Shown here one piece after another: positions 1-12,341 of a stretch of 64,000 nucleotides of DNA; the stretch's first letter is position 1, and every line of letters begins with the position of its first letter. The DNA is taken from the NCBI GenBank assembly GCA_965649765.1, contig OZ287748.1:76384001-76448000 (forward strand). The letters run 5' to 3'. The translations under genes and the position numbers were made by a program. Under the pieces are notes generated by a model. The model did not search any database and had not been told where the DNA came from. It was given only the letters and a program-made list of their open reading frames with translations. Source of the stretch: Bispira polyomma (lineage: Eukaryota).

Positions 1-273
1 TCATGTTCAGTTTAGCAGTAAATAACAAGTCACGGTTTTTCAATTATATAAAATTAACAGTCAAACAATGTATATTTATCTATTTATTTTGCTTATTATA
101 CTTGATACATAACTATAATTTAAATTAAAAAGGAAACTAATTACATTAGCATACATTGAAATAACAAGACAAGAAGTATGTTAAAATGTATGGAAGAAAG
201 TTTTCTTAACGGTATAAAGATTTAAGACTTTAAAGAAGATTTTTTTTCAAGAAGATTTTTTGCTACCTTTTAG

Positions 274-410
274 ACAGGAAGGCTGAAGACGAGTTTTTAA
301 AAGAACATTTAAGTAAGCACTACGACAACATCGACACCTGGCGGGTGGGAGGGATGAAGTACAAGAACAGCTTTGTGTGGTACAACAGTAATAGGAAAAC
401 AAACCACCAG
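274..410 (+). CDS. Internal exon, C-type lectin domain (N-terminal/middle part) of a CTLD-kringle protein
   Basis: Acceptor tttTAG (271-273; alternative CAG 275-277), donor CAG|GTTAGT at 411. Translates RKAEDEFLKEHLSKHYDNIDTWRVGGMKYKNSFVWYNSNRKTNHQ, matching the CTLD 'E..FL....W.G....F.W' pattern. Ends in phase 0. Confidence 0.85.
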
Positions 411-1224
411 GTTAGTGAAATAAGCACGTCTAGGACTGTATTCATAAATTATTGTAATCACAGTTCTTGAATATTCCCTGTGTCTCGACAAATCCAATTC
501 GTTGGAAGAATTTTATCAGACAATCAAATTGGCTGAGAATAAAGTGTACATCCTAGATTGTATAGGCTATATATTTCAGTGAATGTGTACATTGTTGTTA
601 GAATGTCGCTGTATATACAGTCCAATAAAAAGGTGCAAAAATTTGAAATATTTAACCCTGTAATGAGGATATATATGTGTTATGTGTTTTTGGAACTTCT
701 TGATTGAATAAGTGAATCTGTTGTTGCACTTTAGAAGATGTCTCACATCAATAAGTTGCATTGAAAATGCAAAATACAATACAGCCAATTCAGAAATAAC
801 TAGTAGGGCATTCAGTACGGTCAAACTTAGACCGAATAATCTGTCCCTGTTTTGTGAGATTCCTTACTGATATTTTGGACGGCTGAATCACGAAAAAGGA
901 CAGAACGGCTTGCATAAGGAAAACATTGTAAATTTAGACTGACATAACATGGGGTACAGTGTTGTTTCAATGATTTTGGTTTAGTTTTTATTTTATATTA
1001 ATGGATATGTAGCATATCGGCATAAAGTAATTGAAAATCGGCAACTATATCATATATAAAGAATGAGGGGATGTATTTATTTTTACCAGATTCTATCTCT
1101 ATATATGCCGATTTTGATTTACAACGTTTTGCTTATGGAGGCCGCTCTGTCCCTCGCTGTGCCGTCAGTATATCAAAGCATCAGCGAGGGCAGAATACTC
1201 AGTCTAGGTCAAACTATGCTCTAC

Positions 1225-1331
1225 CCATCCACCAAACTTCATGGAAATTGGTTGAGTAGTGTTTGTGTAATCCTGGTGACAAAACAACCAACCAATAGGT
1301 AGGAACATAAAATATGACCCTCTTGCCAGAG
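1225..1331 (-). repeat. Fragment of an interspersed repeat (ttacctctgccaagg...tttcatgaaatttggtgg type); also present in macrosatellite units
   Basis: Reverse complement resembles 37787-37900, 52415-52520 and 61080-61190. Confidence 0.5.
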
Positions 1332-1568
1332 TTCATGAATGTCTATTGATCTACCTTTGTTATCTTCTATTAAGACCATTTCTTATTTCCCAAAGCCCAG
1401 AGTCTTTTCAACTTCCCATATTATCAACCAGGTGGGTCAGCATGATCCTTGTAGAAACTGTGGTCTGAAGCACGAAAGGGTAAATACCCATATCATCAGG
1501 ATGTTATTATAAATAGCCTATAATTGTCACACAACATCTAAGGATATATTTTTTGTTATCTTTTGTAG

Positions 1569-1740
1569 AAAATGAAATACAAACCTTGGGCTCCAGGCTA
1601 TCCTAAGAAATATACCTCTGTAGTGCTACATCTAGCCAGCCCTACAAACAGGAAGTTTGTGTGGAAAGCCACCTGGATCGGAAACAAGAAGAAACCAGAA
1701 GCATATGCGCATGCGTACATCTGTGAAAGAAAAAGGAAAG
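1569..1740 (+). CDS. Internal exon, C-terminal half of the C-type lectin domain
   Basis: Acceptor ttttgTAG (1568), phase 0, compatible with the previous exon. KMKYKPWAPGYPKKYTSVVLHL...FVWK...AYICERKRK has the CTLD 'Y..W..G.P' and 'YICE' motifs. Donor AAG|GTAGAA at 1741, phase 1. Confidence 0.85.
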
Positions 1741-2241
1741 GTAGAAAAAAGAAATTCGTCATTGTTACACACTACACAAGTAGGAGTGGGTTTATTGGAA
1801 TTGAATATTCAATATTTTTTTATTTTATGTAATACAGCTTATACAGCTTACAGTCATTGCATGTGTGCATCTTGGAGTTATTTATGAAAAAGTTGAGTTG
1901 ATACTAGAAGTCCAGTCTAATTTAATGACCCTTGACTAAAATGTTGACAAGTAAAATATACGTTACGCCTTTTAAAATGCAAAGGCATTTAGTAAATTGA
2001 TGTCAAATTGTAACATATGGTAAATATGAAACTAATCCAAACTAAATTCACAAGATATTTAATAATTAAAATCACTAGTATTTCACTTATGAGGATAGTG
2101 GTTCGAATCCTGCTTGGCTTTTTCAGAAGAAAACACCATATAGTATGTCAGGTACTTGTGGTTTACAATAGGAGCTTCCCTTGTACAGTACTTGTTCCTC
2201 TGCCAAAATTATCTTGATGAGGTTAAAAATGTAATAAAACC

Positions 2242-2497
2242 GGGGGCCGCGGTGGCCTAGTGGTTAGCAAGCATTGCGCTTCACAATCACTGGTCTCTCA
2301 CCTCTGGGCGGTGTGACTTCGAATCCCGTCGATGCCTATGTGGGAAAGGTGGCAGTTCCTAACTGTGGGATGCTGGTTTCAGTGCAGAACCTTGATCAAC
2401 TGTATGCAGTGTTTCCTCCAGCGTTTCCAACTACCTGTCCCAATATAACCTAAACAGGTACTAGAGTGGACGTTCAATATCCAAATTAAAAAAAAAA
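2242..2497 (+). mobile_element. tRNA-derived SINE, family A, full length (intron of the CTLD-kringle gene)
   Basis: Pol III A box GGTGGCCTAGTGG, B box-like TTCGAATCCC, A-rich tail, imperfect TSD gtaataaaacc/gtcataaaacc. Near-identical to 3520-3767. Confidence 0.9.
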
Positions 2498-2609
2498 GTC
2501 ATAAAACCCAAATTAAATTCATCTGTGTTAAACATATATGAAACATATCACTATGTTTTTGTCTCAAATTTAGTGCTGCACTCATATATGTATTATTTTT
2601 ATTCTCCAG

Positions 2610-2875
2610 ACAAGTGCTTTGAGAGTAAGGTGCAAGATGGCCGAGATTACCGGGGTAAAGTGTCGTACACTGCGAGTTTCACCACCTGTCAAAACTGGAA
2701 GTCCCAATACCCCCACCGCCACAAGTACCTCACAGGGGTCAAGTCTTTTGATGCCGCCAATGGACTGGGTAACCACAACTACTGCCGAAATCCAAAGGGC
2801 AGGCGTGCAAAACCTTGGTGTTTCACATCCAAGAAGGAACCAGTGTGGGAGTATTGTAACGTCAATGCATGCTGA
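2610..2875 (+). CDS. Terminal exon, kringle domain
   Basis: Acceptor ttctcCAG (2609), phase 1 (G+AC = Asp). DKCFE..DGRDYRG..S.T....CQNW....PH.H......GLGNHNYCRNP......PWCFT......WEYCNVNAC* has six Cys and the NYCRNP, PWC and WEYC kringle signatures. Confidence 0.95.
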
Positions 2876-2879
2876 TATT

Positions 2880-4130
2880 GGAATATAGTGGGCTATTTAT
2901 ATATGTGTTAATATATGGCAACTCCACTGTGTGCAAATATTGGAATTGCCAATCTGTGTCAGTGTTGTAGTTTCTGAGTTTATGTTAATATTGTGATGTG
3001 AATGTGTGGATTTTGTGGAATGTTTATATGTGTTAATTAACATGTTGTATTGTCAAAATGTGCTGATGTTGGAATTGCCAGTAAATCTGTAAATTGTCAG
3101 CTTGTGTAAATATTGAGATGTGAATAAGTGGTAATTTTATATTTGTTAAAAGTATTGCAATATCACAGTGTGGTTATATTTGGATTGTCAATGTGCCTAA
3201 GTATTGTAAATTGTCAGGTTGTGGTAATATTGGGATGTTTATATATGTTAAAATTATTGTGATGTCATATTATAAGCTAATATTGGAAATTTGCCAATTT
3301 GTGTTACATTTGTGACATTTAGTTTGTATTCACTGGTGAAGGAAATTAGAGCAGGGTAGTTGGTCAAGATTTGTACCCTGCAAACTACCAGCCTTTAGCA
3401 AGTCTACTGCTAAATTTCCCACAAACACACTCGGGTTGGGATTCGAAGCCAAGAATGCAAAGATGGGAAACGAGTGTGTTAGTATTGTAATTTCTTAGTT
3501 TGTGTAACTGTTGTAATGTGGCCACGGTGGCCTAGTGGTTAGCAAGCATTATGCTTCATAATCACTGGTCTCTCACCTCTGGACGGCGTGAGTTCGAATC
3601 CTGTCGATGCCTATGTGGGAAAGGTGGTAGTTCCTTACTGTGGGCTGCTGGTTTCAGTGCAGAACCTTGATCAACTGTATGCAGTGTTTCCTCCAGCGTT
3701 TCCAACTACCTGTCTCAATATAACCTAAACAGGTACTAGAGTGAACGTGAAATATCCTAATTCAAATACTGTTGTAATGTGATGTATCTAGTAATAGTGG
3801 GATGTTTATATGTCTTACAATAGTATGATGACATTTATGTACAAATATTAGGATGTCAATATGTGTTAGTACTGATTTTCTCAACTGGTGTTCCTGTTGT
3901 GATGTGAATATGTGGTATCATTTTGTAAGGGTAATATCTGTGAATAGTAGGATATCAGTAGAAATCTTATGTGGATAAACATCACAAATTCACAAATATT
4001 ATTAGTTATTATGGGAATTAAATTTTGTACAGTCCAATACTAAATTGCCAAATTTAATTCCTAGTTAAAATTTCCAATTAAGCAGCATATGTGCTATAAT
4101 ATTGAGTTGTAAATATGTGCTAATACAGCC
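2880..4130. repeat. Degenerate ~24-bp minisatellite (approx. TGTGYTAATATTGKRATGTCAATA), interrupted by SINEs
   Basis: Recurring units such as tgtgcaaatattggaattgccaat, tgtgtaaatattgagatgtgaata and tgtggtaatattgggatgtttata. Confidence 0.7.
3520..3767 (+). mobile_element. tRNA-derived SINE, family A
   Basis: Near-identical to 2242-2497. Clear TSD actgttgtaatgt(g) at 3507-3519 and 3768-3780. Confidence 0.92.
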
Positions 4131-5000
4131 GGCAGTAATGTTACACTAGACCTGAGGTTTGCTTACTTTTATTTGTGCTAAGACTACTTCAGGTTGGAGA
4201 ACAGTACAGATGCATGATCTGATTCTGTTCTAGCACTACGTTTTATCACATTCCATGGACTCCTGTATAATTTTTACTCTATAATTAGTGTCTGTTTTCT
4301 AAATAGATAATTACTGATATGCTCTTATTTATATAGGTACAATAATATAAAGCTTCAATAGGCCCAGGTCCAATGTAGAAGGAATCACTGAGGAACCAGT
4401 TCTGGTTTGCCATATATAGGGATAAGTTTAGTCTGTTCTAATTCATGAGCCGTTATGCAGAAATGGCTCAAAATTGTGAAAAAGTTTGATGTCTGCAGGA
4501 ATATCTATGTCTGTTAGTGCTTTCGTAAGCTTGATTTTAAGGACATTCACAGTGTTACTGTAGACTAAGAATAAATAATCTGAGACTATAAATGAATACA
4601 CCTAAATAAGGGCAATTCATTATGACTCTCTTATGTTTAGCGACGATTAAACAATCATTATACCGGAATACCGGTGACTGATCGATACTATTTAATATTT
4701 GTAGTAATTTGATCTAATATTAACCATGGTTTTAAGGACACTTAAATTCCACGAATGTGCTTGAATTACAAGAGATTTGAACATTTGAAATGGCATCATA
4801 AATATTTTCCATGGTTTATCACAAAATGTGTGCTCTTCCGTAATTCTGATACTTGTATGTGTGACCTTGGTTTTAAGCTTAACGACTGTGGTTGATATAT
4901 GTAATAGGAATAACGCTGGAATTAATGCATATAACTATCAAAGTGATATATACTCACTTTAGCATGATCCATCTATTTTATTTATGAAGAAATGTTAATG

Positions 5001-5178
5001 CAGTCAAACCTCACCGAGCACCACCTCTATAGAGAGACCACCTCTGTATAAAGACCACAATTTCATTTCTCAAGACGGAATGTTTCAAAATACTTAACCT
5101 CTATATAAGAACCTCTATATAAGGACCACCTGTCAATAAAGAGCACTTTTGGAAGGTCTTTATATACAAGTTTCACTG
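5001..5178. mobile_element. Tc1/mariner-like MITE
   Basis: Imperfect TIRs CAGTCAAACC...AGTTTCACTG and internal repeats of accacctct(a/g)tataaagacc. Confidence 0.65.
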
Positions 5179-5625
5179 TGTATTTTCAACATTATAATTA
5201 TTCATATTTATCACAATGTAAAATTGTTTCTTGTTGTTACTATTATCAATGGCATGTATGTAGCATTGTTACAAAAGTGAGGTATAAATTATATTGTCTA
5301 TATTCTACACATTGTTGAGTAGGTGTTACTTTTATTTTTTCACAGAGTTACGCTTGCTTCTGAAGCTGTACACTCCTAACCTTGTGGCAAATATCCCTAT
5401 TTGTTTAAAAACAATGGAGTGTTAAATAAATGTGCTAAAATGATATACTATTTATTTTTTTTTTCTGTAAAAACACATGACTCATAGAACTTTGACTATC
5501 CCCGATTATCTTCTTTCATGAAACTTTTGACCATATGTCTTGTGCGCACTTACATCTCATACTTCTTAAATTGTGGTTTTACATTCATTCTTTTTAACCT
5601 TAATATATATAACAAAATTTTATTC

Positions 5626-5790
5626 TAAGGCCACGTAATATTTAATTTATGGTAATCTTATCGTACTATTTATATAAGTTCAGCGTAAACTCAACTAAAC
5701 CTTAGTTTAGATCACAAGGTTACCTTAACTTTAAGTAAAACTTGAACTCTACCTAAAATTACCCCAAACTTCTAAGGTGGCCTAAAATTC
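5626..5790 (+). repeat. Orphan cluster of TAAGGTNACCTTA-like motifs; putative 3' remnant of a YR retrotransposon
   Basis: taaggccacgtaa, tatggtaatctta, caaggttacctta and taaggtggcctaa plus hairpin ctaaac-ctta-gtttag. Same motif class as the 3' ends of E1-E4. Confidence 0.5.
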
Positions 5791-8006
5791 CTATTAGTAT
5801 GTAAATAAACTAGATAGGGTAGATCAACATCAAATAAACTAATATATTGCAGCTGCTGACTTCTACTTCAAGGTCATAATCACAATGGCGTGGCATGGTG
5901 GGTAATTATGTTAGGAACAATTGAAATGGGCAGGAATGGGGGGGGGGGGGTCATTCATTCAAATATGCCTTGGTTGATATAGGGGAAAGCAATGTGATTT
6001 ATTTATTGTATACAAGTACACAGTTACAGTGTATACGAGTACATTATGATGGAGAGCTTGCCCAAAAATTAAAGAAATTATAATGACCTCGTACATTTGA
6101 GAAAGTTAAACAAATCCAAGCAAGTCAAATAATTTAAAATATCATACAACAACGACAATGTATTTAATATAAATAATAGTGGAATGAATCTAGAAGATTC
6201 ATTATGTAAAATATTTAACATTTTATCATCCATTAAATTTTACTAAAATTCTCCTTCTAATTATTCGGTAGTTCACCAAGTTAATAAGTACACGTATGAG
6301 ATAGTATGTTTCGTATACGAGGACGTTATAGTAAAAAAAATTCCACATGGAATATGATATAGATTTGTTTACATTTGGCTCAATAAAGCCTTGTGAAAAC
6401 ATGGAGTGTTTATTCAAGGCATAAGAGGACTTCAATGAGTTATTGAAATGCCCCACATAGGTGGGCAACAATTGTACAATAATGGTGTTCTACAAACACC
6501 TCAGGTAAACATGTGTACAAGAAGAAGAGCAAGTGTCTTTCTGACAGACATCTGATACACTTTTACTGACGAAAGATTTATTTAGAAACCCATATCAAGA
6601 TAATTTAATTAATAAGGACAGAGTTCTTCTCTTTAAATTGGAAATATATCCTTCACAGAATGTTGGATTGACTGAGTAAGTTGAATATCTGCTGTAATTA
6701 AATGCATGTAAATAGTACAGTAATCAAAAACCTCTATTGTTGTGGAAACAATAGCCTAGCTTTAGATTAATATTTGTCATTCCTTTTGAAACTTAATTCA
6801 AATAATTTATTTTCACCCAGTAAAATTTATCCATATAAATACTTAAGTACTAGTTTCTTATTTGTTGACCAGAAATAGACTTGAGGAAAGGAAAGAAACT
6901 GTTAGTCGTATGAATGGATTTAAAAACATTCAACTGTTTGAATGTGATTTTCTGGCCAAACTAAAGATGACACTAGGCCATGAAAACAAAATACAGCACA
7001 AGCATAAGATACTAAAATATAAGATTATGTATCTACCTAACAACCTTTTGACACACTTTTATATTTCTCCAAATGTTTATAAAAAAGCTCTCAATAGACA
7101 TCAAATGGGGATATCAATGGTGTAGAGTGTTTACATAAATGGAGGACTAACTACTGCAGTGATTCATTATAAATAACCCACTTGGCTCGATTGATTTACT
7201 TATAGGATTTCTTTAAGAGCACTAGTCCTAAATATCCCCCCGTGGTGTTAACAACAGCATGTCTGTGGGGATTTTTATACTCCAGAGGTAATTATAATCT
7301 ACCTTTGCCAAATAAATGCTAATAGATAGCTTTTGGATGATGTCGGATATTTAATGGTTGTAAGATATTTATAATTATAATATAAAGGGAGAGAGGCACA
7401 TCAGTGATACACTTATAGGGGACAAAGATATATGGTGAGTCTCGAGAGCTGTGTAATATAATAGGTACTTGTTATCAATAGAGATATGACACTAAATATG
7501 TCAGCTAGAATTTCTGGTGGATTTACTGTAATCTGTTGGCAGTGACCCCACAAGGAGATATCCCTAGGTTTGTCAATACATATAACATAAACATGCAATT
7601 TAAGTAATCTAAAGAAATTCGAAAAAATACATTAAAAATAATTTCCGGCACCTGTTTGAAATTAGATCGTACTGATCATTATATACTCAATCAGAATATA
7701 TACATTACCAATACAAGGACTATTTCACTTTAATGAGGGATTAATGGTTACTAATAAAGGTTTGCTATATTTGTGTTAGTACATATGTGGGATAGGATCA
7801 GTTCATTTTTGTGGTAAATGTTTGACATATATATATGTATATCAAATCACGAATAATAAAATTTAATTATAATAAATATTATCAACAATGATTAATAGTA
7901 TCAACAATGTCAATGATAACAATGTAAGAAAAATGCTCTGGTAAATTTTAACATTTGGATTATAATCATTGTTGTATGAAATGTGACATTATATATTTTA
8001 AAACAG

Positions 8007-9827
8007 GGCAAGAATTTCTACTGGACAACAACAGATGTTCAAATGACAGAGAGAAAGCTGTTGTCAAACGCCTCACTGCTGTCAACAAGCCCCAGAGTGA
8101 TCTTCCATACACACACAGGAGCCACTGCTAAGGGGTATTTCAAAAGGAAGAACATAAAGCTGTTACCTTTAGAATATAAACATGACACTTTGACGAATAA
8201 GAAATCCACGACATCAGGAAATTATACATCCAAAACAGGTAATGCTGGTAAAATGCCCTCAAAGACGGAGAAACCCTGTGGTCACACAATGATTGATCAA
8301 AACACTTTGATCGATGAATACAAGAGAATTATAGAACGCCAACAGGAACTGCCTGATATAAACATCAGGGTTAATTCTAACAGGGGCAAGGTTGACATCA
8401 AGGCAACTGGTGTGAAGAAGACTCCCAGGCAGAGGAAGCTTCGTGAAACAGAATGGAAAAAAGGTAAACCAATGTTCACTGAGGGATTAAGTTCTAAAAG
8501 TGCTCAAGAGGATCCGGTGTTTTATTTAAGGAACCAACTGGTGATCAACTCCAACCATCCGGGAGGTGTACACTATGTTCGGGATAAAAGTAAGCTCATC
8601 TTGGAAGCCACGGTGGGTAATCACAGAACAAAGGGTAAGGATAATCCTGCCAAACATAGACAAACTGTCAGTTCTTTATCAATGCCTAAATTAGTGGAAG
8701 CTCCTATCTGGGGGAAGCTGACCGAAGGTGTCCAGGTGACGCGAAATAATACAATATTGTTACCTAAGGTATTAGTAAATCAAGAACTTCCTTTGATAGA
8801 CGCAGTGAATAGAGTTAGTGTACTGCATACTCCACGGGATGTTATGAGTACTGACTTAATTTGTGTAACTGATGAGGTAGCACAAACTGCTACAAGTGTG
8901 AGTGCTATGTCCATTTTAAGGAAGTCTGAATATCCTGAGGACATCAAAGCTCCCCTTAATAGCCCAGTGAAAGCCACACAAAGTTTTGTATACCCCATAC
9001 AGAGTCAGGATAATATTAGTCAAGAGTCCCCTGGAAAGACAGGTGTTCATGAAACCAATGATGCCATATCTCAAATGTCCAGTCGGAGAGGTGGAAGGAG
9101 ATATCCCGAAGCGCCTTCGGTAGTGAGTATAGGTAATAGTGATGACATAGAGTTTACCAGAAGATATAGACCAACTGGTAAGTCTTCTGTGGCAGGTATG
9201 GATTTTAGTGATTTGGAAACCAGACCAAATACGATGGAGTCACGAATGGCCTTGTCCACACCCGGAAGGAAGCTTCAGTCAAGGAAACCACCTCTGGATT
9301 CAGTGTCACTCAGTGCGATTGAGTCAAGTGCTGCAACTCAAAGCAAGGTAGTCATATCTGAGGGGGAGAATATGGTGTATAATTTTGTCTATAATAGCGA
9401 TAGAAAAACGGAAGCAAACATTCCGAAGATCATGTTTGGCGATCCGGTAAAAGACAGTAAAAAACAGGATAAAAAACTAAACAACAGTAAACTCAGTGAT
9501 TTATATCACAGAGGAATAATACAATCACAGAAAGCTGACCACTTAACTCCAAGACTGAAGACTAAAGAAGACATAAGTAGTATAATCTATGGTAGTAAAG
9601 CCAGTGGACACTCAACTTTAGCATTAGGGAATCCCCCTCCATCCTTGGCTACTGCCACTTCTAGTCCACCGTATGATTTCAGTAAGCACAGTCAAATGGG
9701 TTTGAATGTCTTACATGAGCAGAATGACCAACAACTGGAGGCAACAGACAAGAGTGTGTTACATGTGACTGAAATGACACTACAGCTTGAGGATGTTGTC
9801 GGTGAATTTCAAAGTAATGCTAAATAA
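8007..9827 (+). CDS. Large terminal exon of an uncharacterised ~606-aa Ser/Thr/Lys-rich, probably disordered protein
   Basis: Uninterrupted 614-codon ORF in AT-rich DNA, higher GC than flanks, acceptor ttttaaaaCAG|GGC at 8006 (phase 0), stop TAA at 9825-9827. No recognisable domain. Confidence 0.8.
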   Translation, partial: GKNFYWTTTDVQMTERKLLSNASLLSTSPRVIFHTHTGATAKGYFKRKNIKLLPLEYKHDTLTNKKSTTSGNYTSKTGNAGKMPSKTEKPCGHTMIDQNTLIDEYKRIIERQQELPDINIRVNSNRGKVDIKATGVKKTPRQRKLRETEWKKGKPMFTEGLSSKSAQEDPVFYLRNQLVINSNHPGGVHYVRDKSKLILEATVGNHRTKGKDNPAKHRQTVSSLSMPKLVEAPIWGKLTEGVQVTRNNTILLPKVLVNQELPLIDAVNRVSVLHTPRDVMSTDLICVTDEVAQTATSVSAMSILRKSEYPEDIKAPLNSPVKATQSFVYPIQSQDNISQESPGKTGVHETNDAISQMSSRRGGRRYPEAPSVVSIGNSDDIEFTRRYRPTGKSSVAGMDFSDLETRPNTMESRMALSTPGRKLQSRKPPLDSVSLSAIESSAATQSKVVISEGENMVYNFVYNSDRKTEANIPKIMFGDPVKDSKKQDKKLNNSKLSDLYHRGIIQSQKADHLTPRLKTKEDISSIIYGSKASGHSTLALGNPPPSLATATSSPPYDFSKHSQMGLNVLHEQNDQQLEATDKSVLHVTEMTLQLEDVVGEFQSNAK

Positions 9828-10305
9828 GCTACCCCGAGGCAGCATGCTATAATTTAAATGGTACTGTATATACGAAAGTGGTGTATCAGTGTAAAAATAT
9901 ATTGTTTTGTATTATAATGTTCATTATGTCCCGAATCTTCGAAAGTGAATGTTGTGGTTCTTCACTAAATGCTGCTGTAGTAGTACTATCTTGTACATGC
10001 TATCAAGGTAATGCAATAGTCAGGATAGCCATGGTGCCCATGCATGTACAGAATAATCCACTTTTGACAGTTAAGGTAATCTAAAGAATACCATTTGTGG
10101 TATCTGGTCATTGGTATTACACTCAGTATGACTGTTTAGATAACAGAATACATTGTTCTCTAAATAATAGAATTTCTTAAAGATTAAATAAGATTAAATA
10201 AACATGACAGAAAAAATGTAATAAGCACGAGTTCTAATGTCAAGGTATTGTCAAACCTGTAAATGTCTTTAAAAACACAATTGTCTAGCGTCATAATGTC
10301 GCAAA

Positions 10306-10929
10306 TGTCCTGGTCGCACATACACGTTCTAGAGCTACGTTTGTGGCTTGTTGTGTTAATTTTATAAACGTTTTGAAACATAGTAGAAAGTGGGGATCCC
10401 TTCCGTGATCGTCTTGTTGTGCGACGGATGTTATCATTCCAGAAACGTCACCGTTTCATCTGCTGTAACGATTGTTTCAAACTGTTTGAAACAATCGTGT
10501 CACAGCTTCCGTTTCTCCCCAAATGCTACATTCGTTTTGGAACGTTTCCGAAAGCAGCACAGACGTATCAGTAAGTAGCTCTACGTAGTAGTAGGTAGCG
10601 AGAAAGTCCTAGTAAGTAGTGATATTGTCTCCACTCGTTGCATTTGTCCTGACACATTTTACTAGGTAGCACAACAAAGCAGAACGCAGCCGTAAGTAGC
10701 AGTACATTAGCTCTACGTAGTAGTAGGTAGTGATATACTGCCAGTAAAGTGATTTTTTTTTTATTTTTGCCTCTGCTTCGTGTGTATAAGTACTAACATC
10801 GTCACAAAAACGTCACTATCGACTGCACCTTTATGAAAATGACGTCACTTTGACACAAAGCTACCACGTTTTTAGTTATATTGCTTTGCTACATTGTGGG
10901 ACGATAGCACGTATAGGTGCGACCAGGCT
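10306..10929. mobile_element. PIF/Harbinger-like non-autonomous DNA transposon (MITE)
   Basis: TIRs cctggtcgcacatacacgt / acgtataggtgcgaccagg, TAA at the right flank. An inverted diverged copy lies at 47606-48193. Superfamily assignment inferred from the TIR/TSD pattern. Confidence 0.75.
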
Positions 10930-11830
10930 TAAGGGGTTTTATAATTTTGCAGTAATAATTACAAACCAAACCAAATTTAGAACACATTTTCAGTTGTGCC
11001 AAAGTATAAATCCCGTGCCAAATTATGGCACTCTGCACTACATTCAAATGTGCAATAAGATCACATTATGTCAACACGTTATAATGTGCAGGGGGGGTAA
11101 TAAATTACATTTACTTGAATGCCAAGCTGCATGACTGAACGTGTGCATTACGCAACAATACAGAACCAATTTTGACTAAACTTTGTGGTTCATGACACAC
11201 ATTGCATTTCAGTGGAGCACAGACCTCGACTAAGGCACATCAGGGTAAAAATGTATAAGTGTTCTTGTTAACTGTGATATTAATTTCAATATTATTTTTG
11301 GTATATTTGTGTGAACTGATTAAATTATTTTATATACATGACTCAATAAACCTTTGACAACTTTGTTGACTTACTCTCGTCTGAGATGTACAGACGTTTA
11401 AAGGAATACTGGAAAATGCCCTTGACACTTTGACCGTCATAAACATAGACAGCAAAAACGGATTTCCAGTAAGTGTTCCAAATGTTTTAACTTTTAACAG
11501 TTTGAGCAAAAGACAAAAGACATGGTGTTATAAAATATTACAGATAAACAGAAATGCAATCGTGCCATGTTTACTGAGGTTTAATTACAATACATGAATA
11601 TGTAAATGTAGGTTTAAGTTCTGATATTACCCCTAATGTGGTCTTATCGGACTTACAAATTACTTACCCAGCTTGGCTTCTTTAACTTTGGCAACCAATT
11701 GATCACCCCTTGGTCCCTAAGTTTAAGACCCAGAGGTTAAGACATTTTTAAAGACAGCCTGGGACATAACTATAGTCAAGAACATTAAAGAATGTACGAG
11801 ACCAAAGACTATGGTCTTGCTAATTTTTAA

Positions 11831-12341
11831 TGGCGGTCACACTGCAATTTGATCGCCAATGATCATACCACAAGTCCGTGAGTAAGGACAATCAGTTTAA
11901 ATTTGTAAGGATCGGTCATACGATGGTCTTACGGAAGTCTTACAATGGAGTAAGATTATGTCAGACTGGTTGACTGGTTGCAGACCATCAAACGGCCATA
12001 TTAAATGTTTTAATCATTAAAGATTATGGAAGATCATGAAAGATCATGTCTTTTAGTGGTCTTTAACTGGTCGTAGACACTCGTACACCTTTTGTCTGAC
12101 AATGCGGAAGCAATTAAAGACTACCTGCAGACATTTTTGTTGTGGCCAGGTTATCTTGCCAACAACAAACCCTTTCCACAACCCAAAGGGTCTCAAGTCC
12201 TTCTCAAAGACCACGATATTAAAATCCCTTTAAAGACCTTTCGAGGATATTTACTAGGAATATTAAAGACTGCATCCGATCTCTTATTTTTTATGTAGTA
12301 CACGATTTTTAAAAGGAGTTAACCTCTGTGTGACTGGGGCT
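11831..12341. mobile_element. Second Harbinger-like MITE
   Basis: TAA|tggcggtcacac ... gtgtgactggggct|TAA: imperfect TIRs with 3-bp TAA duplication. Confidence 0.55.

Noticed and set aside
1063-1302. ORFs resembling a signal-peptide exon (MPILIYNVLLMEAALSLAV) inside the CTLD gene
   Set aside because: The flanking CTLD exons already splice in phase 0 to give a contiguous domain, the candidate splice phases do not fit between them, and the 3' part is an interspersed repeat.
2242-2330. tRNA gene
   Set aside because: A and B boxes are present but continue into a shared SINE body with tail and TSDs; no convincing cloverleaf.
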